64,000 bases of DNA from an uncultured Gammaproteobacteria bacterium (lineage in GTDB: Bacteria > Patescibacteriota > Microgenomatia > UBA8517): NCBI GenBank assembly GCA_964506225.1, contig CAZDKH010000004.1, positions 3,262 to 67,261 of the forward strand. The letters are read 5' to 3'. The notes beneath the pieces were generated by a model. It ran no database searches and was not told where the DNA came from. It saw only the letters and a list, made by a program, of their open reading frames with translations. The number at the start of each line of letters is the position of its first letter. The stretch's first letter is position 1. Of the stretch, positions 49,415-58,214 are shown piece by piece. The translations under genes and the position numbers were made by a program.

Positions 49415-50809
49415 ATGAAACTTTACAATACCGCAAGCCAAAAGATTGAGGAATTCAAGCCACTAAGAAAGGATGAGGTTGGTATTTACTCCTGTGGGCC
49501 AACGGTTTACTGGAACCAACACATTGGGCATATGTTTGCCTATGTTCAATGGGATGTTTTGGTGAGATTTTTGAAATTTTTAGGTTATAAGGTCAAATGG
49601 GTGATGAATATCACCGATGTGGGGCACATGACTTCTGATGAGGACAGTGGGGAGGATAAAATGGAAAAAGGGGCCAGACGTGAGGGGCTTACGGTCTGGC
49701 AAGTTGCGGATAAGTATATAAAGCAATTTTTGGAAAGTCTGGAACTTTTGAATATCCAAAAACCCGATGTTTTATGTAGGGCTACTGATCATATTGAAGA
49801 CCAGATTGAATTGATTAAGAAAATAGAGTCACGAGGTTTCACCTACCAGACCAAAACGGGATTGGTTTTTGATACATCAAAGTTTCCTGATTATGCTAAG
49901 TTTGCAAGGCTTGATTTGACAAAGCAAGAAGCAGGGGTTAGGGTTGAGGTTGACCCTGAAAAGAAAAGCCCTTGGGATTTTTTACTTTGGGTGACGAACC
50001 AGCCAAACCACGTTATGCAGTGGGATAGTCCTTGGGGAAGGGGATTTCCCGGCTGGCATATCGAGTGTACGGCGATGAGCGTCAAGTACTTAGGGGAAAG
50101 ATTTGATATTCACACAGGTGGACTTGAGCACATTCCCGTTCATCATACTAATGAAATAGCTCAGGCATTTGGGGCTTTTGGTCACCAAACAGCCACTTAT
50201 TGGTTACACAACGCCTGGCTTATCTTTAATGGCCAAAAGATGAGCAAAAGCTTAGGAAATATTCTCACGGTGCAGGATTTGATTGAGAAAGGTTATGATC
50301 CTTTGTCCTTGCGCTATCTTATTCTTACTTCTCACTACCGCAAGGGTTTGGATTTCAACTGGGATTCTTTAAAAGCTTCACAAATTGCACTTAATAAACT
50401 GCGAAGCCACCTAGCCTCCTTTAGGGAAGGAAGAACTGCACTGTCAGCGGAAAAGCTTCACAAGCTAGAGGATTTTCAGAAAATGTTTACAGAGAGCCTG
50501 ATACTTGATTTGAATATCCCCAAGGCTTTGGCTGGAGTTTGGAGTTTGGTTAAAAGCAACATCCCCTCGGAGGACAAATACGATTTACTTTTAAGCTTTG
50601 ACGAGGTCTTAGGCCTTAGATTAAGAGATGTCGGAAATACCAAGGCAGAATTATCCCAGGAGGCTCAAGAATTACTTCGCCAAAGGGAAGAGTTAAGGCG
50701 CGCCGGGGAATTTGAAAAAGCTGATGAAATTCGTATTAAAATTGAAAGAGAAGAAAATGTAAAAATTTTGGATACACCAACTGGTACCTTGGTAAGACCT
50801 GCTAAATGA
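49415..50809 (+). CDS. cysS: cysteinyl-tRNA synthetase
   Basis: HIGH (NQHIGHM) and KMSKS motifs; zinc-binding Cys in CGPTVY. Confidence 0.95.
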   Translation: MKLYNTASQKIEEFKPLRKDEVGIYSCGPTVYWNQHIGHMFAYVQWDVLVRFLKFLGYKVKWVMNITDVGHMTSDEDSGEDKMEKGARREGLTVWQVADKYIKQFLESLELLNIQKPDVLCRATDHIEDQIELIKKIESRGFTYQTKTGLVFDTSKFPDYAKFARLDLTKQEAGVRVEVDPEKKSPWDFLLWVTNQPNHVMQWDSPWGRGFPGWHIECTAMSVKYLGERFDIHTGGLEHIPVHHTNEIAQAFGAFGHQTATYWLHNAWLIFNGQKMSKSLGNILTVQDLIEKGYDPLSLRYLILTSHYRKGLDFNWDSLKASQIALNKLRSHLASFREGRTALSAEKLHKLEDFQKMFTESLILDLNIPKALAGVWSLVKSNIPSEDKYDLLLSFDEVLGLRLRDVGNTKAELSQEAQELLRQREELRRAGEFEKADEIRIKIEREENVKILDTPTGTLVRPAK

Positions 50810-51462
50810 GAGAAACAATTTTTAAGTTTTTTGTGGTAACTGCGTTGGCTGTTCTTGCAGTATCCGTCTTTCTTCTTTATCAAGAAACCAAAAATTTACA
50901 ATCTTTATCCAAACCCGAGGATATCGTTAATCAAAAGGCAGTTGATGCCTTCGAAGAGAATTTAGAAAGTGACACTCAGGAAAGCTCGGACATTCAGGCT
51001 CAGTTGGATGCTCTGAAGGCTTATTTTGACCAAGCCTTGGCGACAGTTTCGGCGACAAAACCTACTGTTTCAATTCCTAGTCAAAAACAGGAACTTCAGA
51101 CAACCTATATCCCCCTGGGGACAACTTTTAAAACTTCCAGTACAAATTGGGTAGATGTTACAGATTCGGGAGCCTATATAGATATCGAGAATGACTATGG
51201 ACAAAATGCCTATATTGAATGGGAAGCTTACCTTTCGGTTGCTCATGGAAACGGTCAGGTATTTGCCAGATTATGGGATGATACAAATAAAATTGCAGTT
51301 GCCGGCAGCGAGCTTACAAGTATCAATAATTCAACTGCTAAGCTTGTCATTTCCCCCAGAATTTATCTTTGGAGAGGAAGAAACCTTTACAAAGTCCAGA
51401 TTAAGTCGCTTAATGGATTTGAAGTGACTTACAGCAGTGGTAGAATGAAGATAAGCTATTAA
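50806..51462 (+). CDS. hypothetical N-terminally anchored envelope protein (218 aa)
   Basis: Single N-terminal TM; start overlaps the cysS stop (ATGA). Confidence 0.45.
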   Translation: MRETIFKFFVVTALAVLAVSVFLLYQETKNLQSLSKPEDIVNQKAVDAFEENLESDTQESSDIQAQLDALKAYFDQALATVSATKPTVSIPSQKQELQTTYIPLGTTFKTSSTNWVDVTDSGAYIDIENDYGQNAYIEWEAYLSVAHGNGQVFARLWDDTNKIAVAGSELTSINNSTAKLVISPRIYLWRGRNLYKVQIKSLNGFEVTYSSGRMKISY

Positions 51463-52301
51463 TGAAAAAGTTTTTAATATCTTTTTTATTGCTGTTTTTG
51501 CTTGGTTTATATATTCCCTTTGCGAGTTTTGCCCAAGAAGCTACCCCCATACCAACCGAGGAACCCTTTAATTTCGAAAGAGCCCGCAAAGACTACATTT
51601 ATAATATGGAAATTTATAAAAAGGCTTATGCCAACTACCAACTGGCCAGAAGTGAATATTTACAGGCTAAAACCTTGATCTCCCAAAACAAAGCAAAAGA
51701 GGCAACCCTTGAAATGCTCAAGGCCCGAGACGAGGTTGTTATCACTTATTTGACAATGCTTCGGATGAAATTAGCTGAAGTCCGAGGAATTTCGGACACA
51801 GTAAGGGATGGGTTTTATGCAAGAATCGACACCGAGGTTTCTTGGCACTTAAAACACAAGGACATTCTTACAAGTGCCGCAACTTTGGAGGATTTATTTG
51901 CCGATTCTGATGAAGCAAAAATTCGTTTTCCCCTGACAGAGGGGGTTACCTACGAAATTTTAAGCGAAATTATGTTTGCAAAAGCAAGTCTGGTCAGAGA
52001 GTCTGCAAAAAGTGTTTTTGACGAGCTGAAACAATTTGTTTCAGAGGTACGCCAAAGTGGCAAAAAAGACACAAGTGTAATAGAACGCTGGATATTGGCG
52101 GTAGAGAATAAATTTACAAGAAGTGATGATAAAGAGATGGAAGCCAGAAATATTGCCATTCGTCTTTCTAAAGCGCCCAGTTCCCAGAGGCTAAATCTTT
52201 ATTATGAAGAGCGCTTTCGTTTGGAGGAGTCGCTTCAATATTTAAAAGAAGCCCAAAATTATATGAAAGAAATAGTTAAAGAAATAAAAACTGCCGATTG
52301 A
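51462..52301 (+). CDS. hypothetical secreted protein with signal peptide (279 aa), helical
   Basis: Signal peptide MKKFLISFLLLFLLGLYIPFASFA. Confidence 0.45.
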   Translation: MKKFLISFLLLFLLGLYIPFASFAQEATPIPTEEPFNFERARKDYIYNMEIYKKAYANYQLARSEYLQAKTLISQNKAKEATLEMLKARDEVVITYLTMLRMKLAEVRGISDTVRDGFYARIDTEVSWHLKHKDILTSAATLEDLFADSDEAKIRFPLTEGVTYEILSEIMFAKASLVRESAKSVFDELKQFVSEVRQSGKKDTSVIERWILAVENKFTRSDDKEMEARNIAIRLSKAPSSQRLNLYYEERFRLEESLQYLKEAQNYMKEIVKEIKTAD

Positions 52302-52708
52302 TAAGTATGGAGAAGTTATCAGATCAGTTAAAGTCTGTAAATCTGAGAGAAAAGCTGGGGGAGATAATTACAAAGATTAAATCGATTCCGATATTTAACT
52401 CTTTGGACCCTAAATTAAAAAAAGTTTTATTAATAGCCATAATAGTTATTATTGTTTGCTTTGTGGCCACGTTTGTTGTCTCTTTTGTAAAAACTATCAG
52501 AAGAAGGGTAAAGATTATACCAACTCCGACCCCGGTTGTGATTGCAACTCCAACTCCTGAGATAAAAAATCCCTCAGAATACGTGGGAGACCCAAAATTA
52601 CAAAAAATAGAGGAGAGTGTTGACAAACTTAACAACGATTTAACCGAAGTCAATCTTGGTGAGTCAGGGCTTTCGGTGCCGGTTTTGGACTTTAACATCC
52701 GTTTTTGA
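52298..52708 (+). CDS. hypothetical single-pass membrane protein with TPTP linker (136 aa)
   Basis: TM LLIAIIVIIVCFVATFVVSF; IPTPTPVVIATPTPE linker. Confidence 0.4.
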   Translation: MISMEKLSDQLKSVNLREKLGEIITKIKSIPIFNSLDPKLKKVLLIAIIVIIVCFVATFVVSFVKTIRRRVKIIPTPTPVVIATPTPEIKNPSEYVGDPKLQKIEESVDKLNNDLTEVNLGESGLSVPVLDFNIRF

Positions 52709-53788
52709 GCGGATTTTCTCAATCAAAAGTGAGTAGAAACGAAGATTGTGAATTGTGGCCAGACGCAAAGCAGTGGTTTCTTTAATCCTAAAAAGATGGG
52801 CAAGATAGCCTCTGGAGTAGTTTTTACAAAGTAGACAATCGCAGGCTTCTGACACGGGTTTTTTATCTTGAAAATATTTGATTCTATCGGGTTTGTAATA
52901 TGAATAAAAATTTCCTGAAAGGCTAATTTTATCAATTGAAGTGCTGTTGTAAATGTAAAGTCTTCCATGCCGCGCATCTCGTGTTGGCAAAACGCAGTCA
53001 AATATCTGATAGCCCATTTTTGTTAATTTCACAATATCCTCAGGTTTTCCAATCCCCAGTCCATAAAGCAAATAGTCTTTAGGGGTGTTGTCTGCAATAA
53101 ATTGCGAGAGCTCCAAGTCAAGCACACCTTTTGCGTTTATTGCCCAGCCCCCAAATCCAAGTCCGTCAAACCCAATCTCACAAAGTCTTTCGATGCACTG
53201 TTTTCGCAAATCCTTAAAATCTCCTCCCTGGACTACTCCCAATAAATAAGGCCTTTTTACGATGTTGAATCTTTGACAGTAACTTTCGAATACCTCTTTG
53301 GATTTCTTTGCCCAAAGTACGGTTCTATCAACAGTTTCTTGGGCTGCCTTTCTTCCGGCATTCGGGGGAGTAAAGTCATCCAATACAACTACCATGTCGG
53401 TAGCCAGTTTCATCTGGTATTCAATTGAGTCTTTGGGGGTAAACAGAGTTTTTTGATTATTTTTGTCAACAAAAAAAACTCCCTCATCGAAAATTTTTCC
53501 TTTTCTTCCCGGCCTTTTGGCTAATGTCATGACCTGAAAACCACCCGAATCAGAAATGATTGCGCCCTTCCAACTCATAAAGCCACCAATTCCTGCAAAT
53601 TTTTCTAAAGTTTTGGTGTTTATATTTTTGTATAAATGGTAGGTGTTGACGAGAATCCCTAAAGTTTTGGTATTAACTAAATCCAAACTGTCCAAGGTTC
53701 GCACTACAGCTTTCGTGGCATCAGGAAAAAAGGCAGGCAGAGGAATTTTTTGGCCTTTTATGGTTTTGAAATACTTTTTTCTTCGCAT
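52664..53788 (-). CDS. tgt: queuine tRNA-ribosyltransferase (bacterial Tgt)
   Basis: Catalytic DSGGFQV and DCVLPTRDARHG; zinc site CDCLLCKNYSRGYLAHL. Confidence 0.85.
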   Translation of the reverse strand: MRRKKYFKTIKGQKIPLPAFFPDATKAVVRTLDSLDLVNTKTLGILVNTYHLYKNINTKTLEKFAGIGGFMSWKGAIISDSGGFQVMTLAKRPGRKGKIFDEGVFFVDKNNQKTLFTPKDSIEYQMKLATDMVVVLDDFTPPNAGRKAAQETVDRTVLWAKKSKEVFESYCQRFNIVKRPYLLGVVQGGDFKDLRKQCIERLCEIGFDGLGFGGWAINAKGVLDLELSQFIADNTPKDYLLYGLGIGKPEDIVKLTKMGYQIFDCVLPTRDARHGRLYIYNSTSIDKISLSGNFYSYYKPDRIKYFQDKKPVSEACDCLLCKNYSRGYLAHLFRIKETTALRLATIHNLRFYSLLIEKIRSKTDVKVQNRHRKP

Positions 53789-53869
53789 ATTTGCTATAGT
53801 TTAAATTACTGCAATGAAAATAAAAACTCCTTAACTTTTGGATTTAAAGCGTAGTGTGATCAAGAATAA

Positions 53870-55600
53870 TCAGCTTCTAATCTGAAGCTCCCAGAATCTT
53901 TTGTAAAGACCCTTCTTTTTGGCAATCAGTTCCCTGTGACTGCCAATTTCTTTAATTTTTCCCTTTTCCAAAAGAACAATCTTATCGGCTCTGACAACAG
54001 TTGAAAGTCTATGGGCGATGATTATCATTGTTTTGTTTTTGGCAGCTTTCCAGATTGCATCTTGGATGAGTATTTCAGATTCACTGTCAAGTTGGCTTGT
54101 GGCCTCGTCAAAAATAATTATTTGAGGGTCTGCCAAAATCATTCTGGCAATGGCTATTCTTTGTTTTTGTCCGCCGGAAAGCTTTATCCCACGCTCACCA
54201 ACTCGTGTTTGGTATTTTTCAGGTAGACCTTCTATAAAAGGATTAATATTTGCCAGTTTGGCAGCTGCCTTGATTTCTTTTAGGCTGGCGTTTTCTTTGG
54301 CATAAGAGATGTTGTAGGCGATAGTGTTATCAAATAAAATCGGTTCCTGAGGCACAACCCCTATAAATGAACGCAGTCTACTTTTTGTAAAGTTTCGAAT
54401 ATCAATGCCGTCAATTGTGATTCTCCCTCTTGTTGGATCGTAAAAACGCATCAGAAGTTTAACCAGAGTTGTCTTGCCAACCCCGCTTCTACCAACCAGA
54501 GCAATGGACTGGCCCTGACGGATGTGTAAGTTTATATTCTCAACAGCTGGCTTTTCTCTTTTATCATAATAAAAAGTGACATTTTCAAACTTAATTTCCC
54601 CATCAACAGAATATTTTTCAACAGCTTTTTTGGGGTCTTTGATTTTGATTTGATTATCAAGAATTCCAAAGTATCTCTCAATATCTGCATAGTGTTTGGC
54701 AATATCTCGAATGCTCCAGATCAAATCCCAAATTCTGGGAGCAAAGCTTCCCAGAAAACCAACCACCAGCACAAACCCACCAATATCCATTTTGTTTTTT
54801 TGTACAAAAGAAATACTAAAATACAAAATCAAAAAGACTGTGGCGTTGATAAGCGAACCCATTGAAAGATCTATTAATCTAAATGAGTTTGAGTATTTCC
54901 AGATAGCCCTTGTCCATGGTATAAAAGCTTTTTTGAGTCTTTCCTGTTCCCAGTTCTCTTTTGCAAAAAGCTTGACAGTCTCGAAATTAATCATGTTGTC
55001 AACGATAATTGAAGAGATATTGTCTTCTTCCTCGTTAAAAGCTTTTCTTTTGTCGATATTGAATTTAACAAGAGGGGAAGCGATAAGCAAACTTAGGACA
55101 ACTGAAAAGATTGAAATTAAAACCACCTCCGGGCCAATGGTTGCAAAAAAGGCCAGCATTACGACAAAACCAACAATAACGTCAATAATCCTAAAGTGAA
55201 TCGAGTCATAAAGGCTGTAAAAAGCGTTATCCCCGCGTTTGAATGCACTAATTAAAGATCCTGTACTTTTCTCAGAATGGAAGGCAAAATCCAAATCATG
55301 AATATATCTGAAAATTTCAACCCTCGCATCGGTTGATCCATAAATCAAAAGTATATCTCCAATCCACCGGCTGAGAGTGCTAAGAATAAGTGCTGCCATT
55401 CTCACCAAAATATAGGCAACAAGAATTGACTCAAGCGCTTTTACATCAAAATTGGTTATGGATTCGACAAAAAGTTTATAAAAATAAGGAGCTATACTTT
55501 GGAGGACTGAAGATAAGATTATGAGAATTAAAAAGACAAACGCAATTTTTTTGCGCCGATTTAGCAGAAAGCCATAAAATACCTTCAAAATTTTGATCAT
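53870..55600 (-). CDS. ABC exporter, fused TMD-NBD (MsbA-like half transporter)
   Basis: Six TM helices; Walker A GRSGVGKTT; signature LSGGQKQRIAIAR; Walker B IIIFDEATS. Confidence 0.9.
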   Translation of the reverse strand: MIKILKVFYGFLLNRRKKIAFVFLILIILSSVLQSIAPYFYKLFVESITNFDVKALESILVAYILVRMAALILSTLSRWIGDILLIYGSTDARVEIFRYIHDLDFAFHSEKSTGSLISAFKRGDNAFYSLYDSIHFRIIDVIVGFVVMLAFFATIGPEVVLISIFSVVLSLLIASPLVKFNIDKRKAFNEEEDNISSIIVDNMINFETVKLFAKENWEQERLKKAFIPWTRAIWKYSNSFRLIDLSMGSLINATVFLILYFSISFVQKNKMDIGGFVLVVGFLGSFAPRIWDLIWSIRDIAKHYADIERYFGILDNQIKIKDPKKAVEKYSVDGEIKFENVTFYYDKREKPAVENINLHIRQGQSIALVGRSGVGKTTLVKLLMRFYDPTRGRITIDGIDIRNFTKSRLRSFIGVVPQEPILFDNTIAYNISYAKENASLKEIKAAAKLANINPFIEGLPEKYQTRVGERGIKLSGGQKQRIAIARMILADPQIIIFDEATSQLDSESEILIQDAIWKAAKNKTMIIIAHRLSTVVRADKIVLLEKGKIKEIGSHRELIAKKKGLYKRFWELQIRS

Positions 55601-55658
55601 ATAAAACTCTCTTTCTCATAAAAGTTTGCGGCAGGACTTTTTTAATTATAAAACAAAT

Positions 55659-55719
55659 CCACAAAAATGAGTATAGTGTATCAGTGTACTAGTACACTGA
55701 TAAGTAGTGGGATTTGTGG
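55659..55719. repeat. extended palindromic hairpin around the perfect 22-bp palindrome ATCAGTGTACTAGTACACTGAT (55680-55701); likely bidirectional terminator or operator
   Basis: Read directly. The outer arms CCACAAA/TTTGTGG extend the stem, and a near-identical copy is at 56619-56640. Confidence 0.7.
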
Positions 55720-55731
55720 TTTTAAGTTTTT

Positions 55732-56556
55732 TTAGACTACCCAGAAGCTATTGTCTGCAAGATGGGAGTTTCGTGTGGCCGCAATTTTTTGACCAAGATT
55801 AAAACCAATTGAGTCGATGTCTCCGTGTGTTTTACCATTTCTTCCGGCTAATTTATGTCTGAGAATTTCGGTAATTTCTGGTGTGTATCTAAGCAAAAAA
55901 CCTGCAAACCCGGCTGTAAGGGTGTGGTATAGGTTTTCTGGTTGGTAAGTACTTACATATCCGAGAAGCGCTGCCTCATAGAGATGGTATGTGTCTCCTG
56001 GCGGATCGGAGTAATTTTCAAAAGGTGAGATAGCTTTTCTCCAATAACCCATAAGATCATTTGTAGGTTTAAATCCCAAGACTAATTTTGCATCCCAAGC
56101 CCTTGCCATAACTCTATTGACAAGAGTAGCTCTCATAAGTGCAAGAAGTACGTTGTTTCTGGATTGCTCCAAAATCAGTTGGAATTGTTCGGGAACAGTT
56201 ACTGTTCTATCTTCATTATTCGCTAAATTTAAAATGGAACTTACGACTGGCAATATTTCGTTGTTTATAAAGGCTGCTGGAAAATGGTTTTCGTGTGTAT
56301 CCGTAAAAGCCATTATAAGTGCTAAGGTGTTGGCCTTGGTTAATCCAAGCTCACTGGGCGGTTGGTGCAAAGCAGAAGCTGTGCTTGCAAGAATTTGTTT
56401 TTCAAGTTCTTCCCAGGGGGGATTGTAAACCACATTCCTGTTGCCGTAATCTATATCTTCATATATCACTCTTTCTAGTCCTTGTGGATAGGCAGAAAGG
56501 GCATATGGAGCTGTCACTATAGCCAATATATATCCATTAAGACGTTCTACCCCCAC
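55732..56556 (-). CDS. hypothetical all-alpha protein (274 aa), possibly heme-oxygenase-like/TenA-like fold
   Basis: No definitive motif; the gene is bracketed by the two palindrome copies. Confidence 0.4.
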   Translation of the reverse strand: MGVERLNGYILAIVTAPYALSAYPQGLERVIYEDIDYGNRNVVYNPPWEELEKQILASTASALHQPPSELGLTKANTLALIMAFTDTHENHFPAAFINNEILPVVSSILNLANNEDRTVTVPEQFQLILEQSRNNVLLALMRATLVNRVMARAWDAKLVLGFKPTNDLMGYWRKAISPFENYSDPPGDTYHLYEAALLGYVSTYQPENLYHTLTAGFAGFLLRYTPEITEILRHKLAGRNGKTHGDIDSIGFNLGQKIAATRNSHLADNSFWVV

Positions 56557-56618
56557 GCAGTATTATAACCTATAATATGAGTCTGTTGTCAATTCTTAAA
56601 CTTTTCTAAAAAGAGTGT

Positions 56619-56640
56619 ATCAGTGTACTAGTACAGTGAT
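56619..56640. repeat. second copy of the palindrome (ATCAGTGTACTAGTACAGTGAT, one mismatch); abuts the stop codon of the upstream minus-strand gene and is followed by a T-tract
   Basis: Read directly. 27 bp including the 5' flank AGTGTATCAGTGTACTAGTACA are identical to the first copy. Confidence 0.7.
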
Positions 56641-56967
56641 TCAAGGAAGGTTAATTTTTTTAATTTTAAAATTATCAGTTTCAAGCCCGACGTAATCAAT
56701 CATGGGGTAGAGTGCTCTTACTTCACCCCAAAATTTCTCGGCTAGTTTTCCGGTAAAAAGGGCGTAACCACTGCCCTCGCTTCTGCCACAGAGTTTTTGT
56801 TCCCACTCTCTTATTACCTTTTGAACCTTTCTGCCAATTTTATTAAACTCTTCCTGATTTTCTTCTTGGTTAATCTGGTATTTACTGTGAATTCTTGCGA
56901 ATTCATCAAAAAGCTTGCGGTTGTTATCAAGCATTTTTTGGAAGTATTCTTTATATTTTGTTGCCAT
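56641..56967 (-). CDS. hypothetical protein (108 aa)
   Basis: ORF; overlaps the end of the ATP-cone ORF. Confidence 0.4.
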   Translation of the reverse strand: MATKYKEYFQKMLDNNRKLFDEFARIHSKYQINQEENQEEFNKIGRKVQKVIREWEQKLCGRSEGSGYALFTGKLAEKFWGEVRALYPMIDYVGLETDNFKIKKINLP

Positions 56968-57244
56968 AAACTTTTTTCAAGTGCTGTCTTTCTTTGACTC
57001 CTTCGTACCAGATGTACATATCAGCGGCGTACTTATCAGCTTTTATAAGCTCCTCAACTACCTTATCCCTAATTTGGCGTGAGGCGACTTTTTCTTTAAC
57101 AGTTCTTTTAATCTAAGCCTCGACCGTATCAGCAAGAGCTTGGGCCTGGTCTTTGCCTAACCCAGCAGCATTCACAACTCGTGCAACTTTTTGCTTGTCA
57201 AAAGGTTCTAGGCTTCCGTCCCTTTTGATAACTTGGGTGTTCAT
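56955..57244 (-). pseudogene. ATP-cone domain protein (about 96 codons) interrupted by an in-frame TAG at codon 45; not in the ORF track
   Basis: Minus-strand translation MNTQVIKRDGSLEPFDKQKVARVVNAAGLGKDQAQALADTVEA*IKRTVKEKVASRQIRDKVVEELIKADKYAADMYIWYEGVKERQHLKK matches the ATP-cone pattern (VIKRDG..EPFD.KI....A..Y...Y) on both sides of the stop. Confidence 0.55.
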
Positions 57245-57484
57245 TTTTTACCCTCGTCTCAACATACTATAATCAAGCAGAAAATAAGTCAACGGAGATT
57301 ATTACCTATAAAGTAATATCTTCTATTAAAAAATATTGTGATTTATTAATCTTTCTGTCAATGATCGAAAGAATCTCCACTCTTTTAATTGGAGTATTTA
57401 CGGGACTTTTGGTATTTTTGTCTGAATTTCAATGAGGCTTTAAAAGGATATACCAAATTGTAGTGCTAGTTGTAAAAATGTGAA

Positions 57485-57506
57485 TTTTTCAGTTTTTTCT
57501 CAGCAA
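57485..57506 (+). promoter_or_regulatory. direct-repeat box TTTTTCAG-TTTTTTCTCAG upstream of the response regulator gene, followed by a TATAAT -10 (57512-57517)
   Basis: CAG half-sites are spaced 11 bp apart. The same 19-bp box recurs at 59796-59814 upstream of the efflux operon. Confidence 0.5.
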
Positions 57507-57525
57507 ACTGGTATAATTTATCTTC

Positions 57526-58206
57526 ATGAGAGCCTTGCTTATCGAGGACGAGCACAAAATTGCCAACTCCATTAAAAAAGGACTTGAACTTGAGTCTTGG
57601 GCAGTTGATGTTGCCCACGATGGAGAGAAGGGTTTTGATATGGCAGTCGGAGAGGAATACGACGTAATTATTCTTGATTTAATGCTGCCCAAAATGGATG
57701 GCATAACAGTTTGCAAAAAACTTCGCGAAGAAGAGAATATTCACACTCCAATTTTGATCTTAACAGCCAAAGGCCAGATTGAGGATAGAGTGGAGGGACT
57801 TAACGCAGGTGCTGATGATTATCTGCCCAAACCATTCGCTTTTACAGAGCTTTTGGCGAGGATAAAGGCATTGACAAGAAGGCCCAAAAACTCCCTATCA
57901 ACCATACTGCGTGTTGGGGATTTAACTGTCGATACCATCTCCTATGAAGTAAAAAGGGGGAATAAAAAAATTAGTCTATCCAAAAGAGAGTTTGCTCTTT
58001 TAGAGTATCTTATGAGGTACAAAGATAAAGTTATCACAAAAGAACAGCTTATCTGTCATGTTTGGGATTATGATTCTGATATCTTACCTAATACTGTTGA
58101 GGTTTATATGGGATATCTGAGAGCCAAAATAGACAAGCCCTTTGCTAACAAACCTAAATTAATTCATACCATAAGAGGATTTGGATACAAAATTGGAGTC
58201 AAATAA
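57526..58206 (+). CDS. OmpR/PhoB-family response regulator
   Basis: Receiver domain (LIEDEHKIAN, DVIILDLMLP...) and C-terminal winged-helix (RFALLEYLMRY...GFGYKI). Confidence 0.9.
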   Translation: MRALLIEDEHKIANSIKKGLELESWAVDVAHDGEKGFDMAVGEEYDVIILDLMLPKMDGITVCKKLREEENIHTPILILTAKGQIEDRVEGLNAGADDYLPKPFAFTELLARIKALTRRPKNSLSTILRVGDLTVDTISYEVKRGNKKISLSKREFALLEYLMRYKDKVITKEQLICHVWDYDSDILPNTVEVYMGYLRAKIDKPFANKPKLIHTIRGFGYKIGVK

Positions 58207-58214
58207 ATTCTGAA

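Noticed and set aside
52664-53788. Tgt as a DpdA-like DNA 7-deazaguanine modification enzyme
   Set aside because: It has the canonical bacterial tRNA-guanine transglycosylase catalytic and zinc motifs, and no dpd partners nearby.
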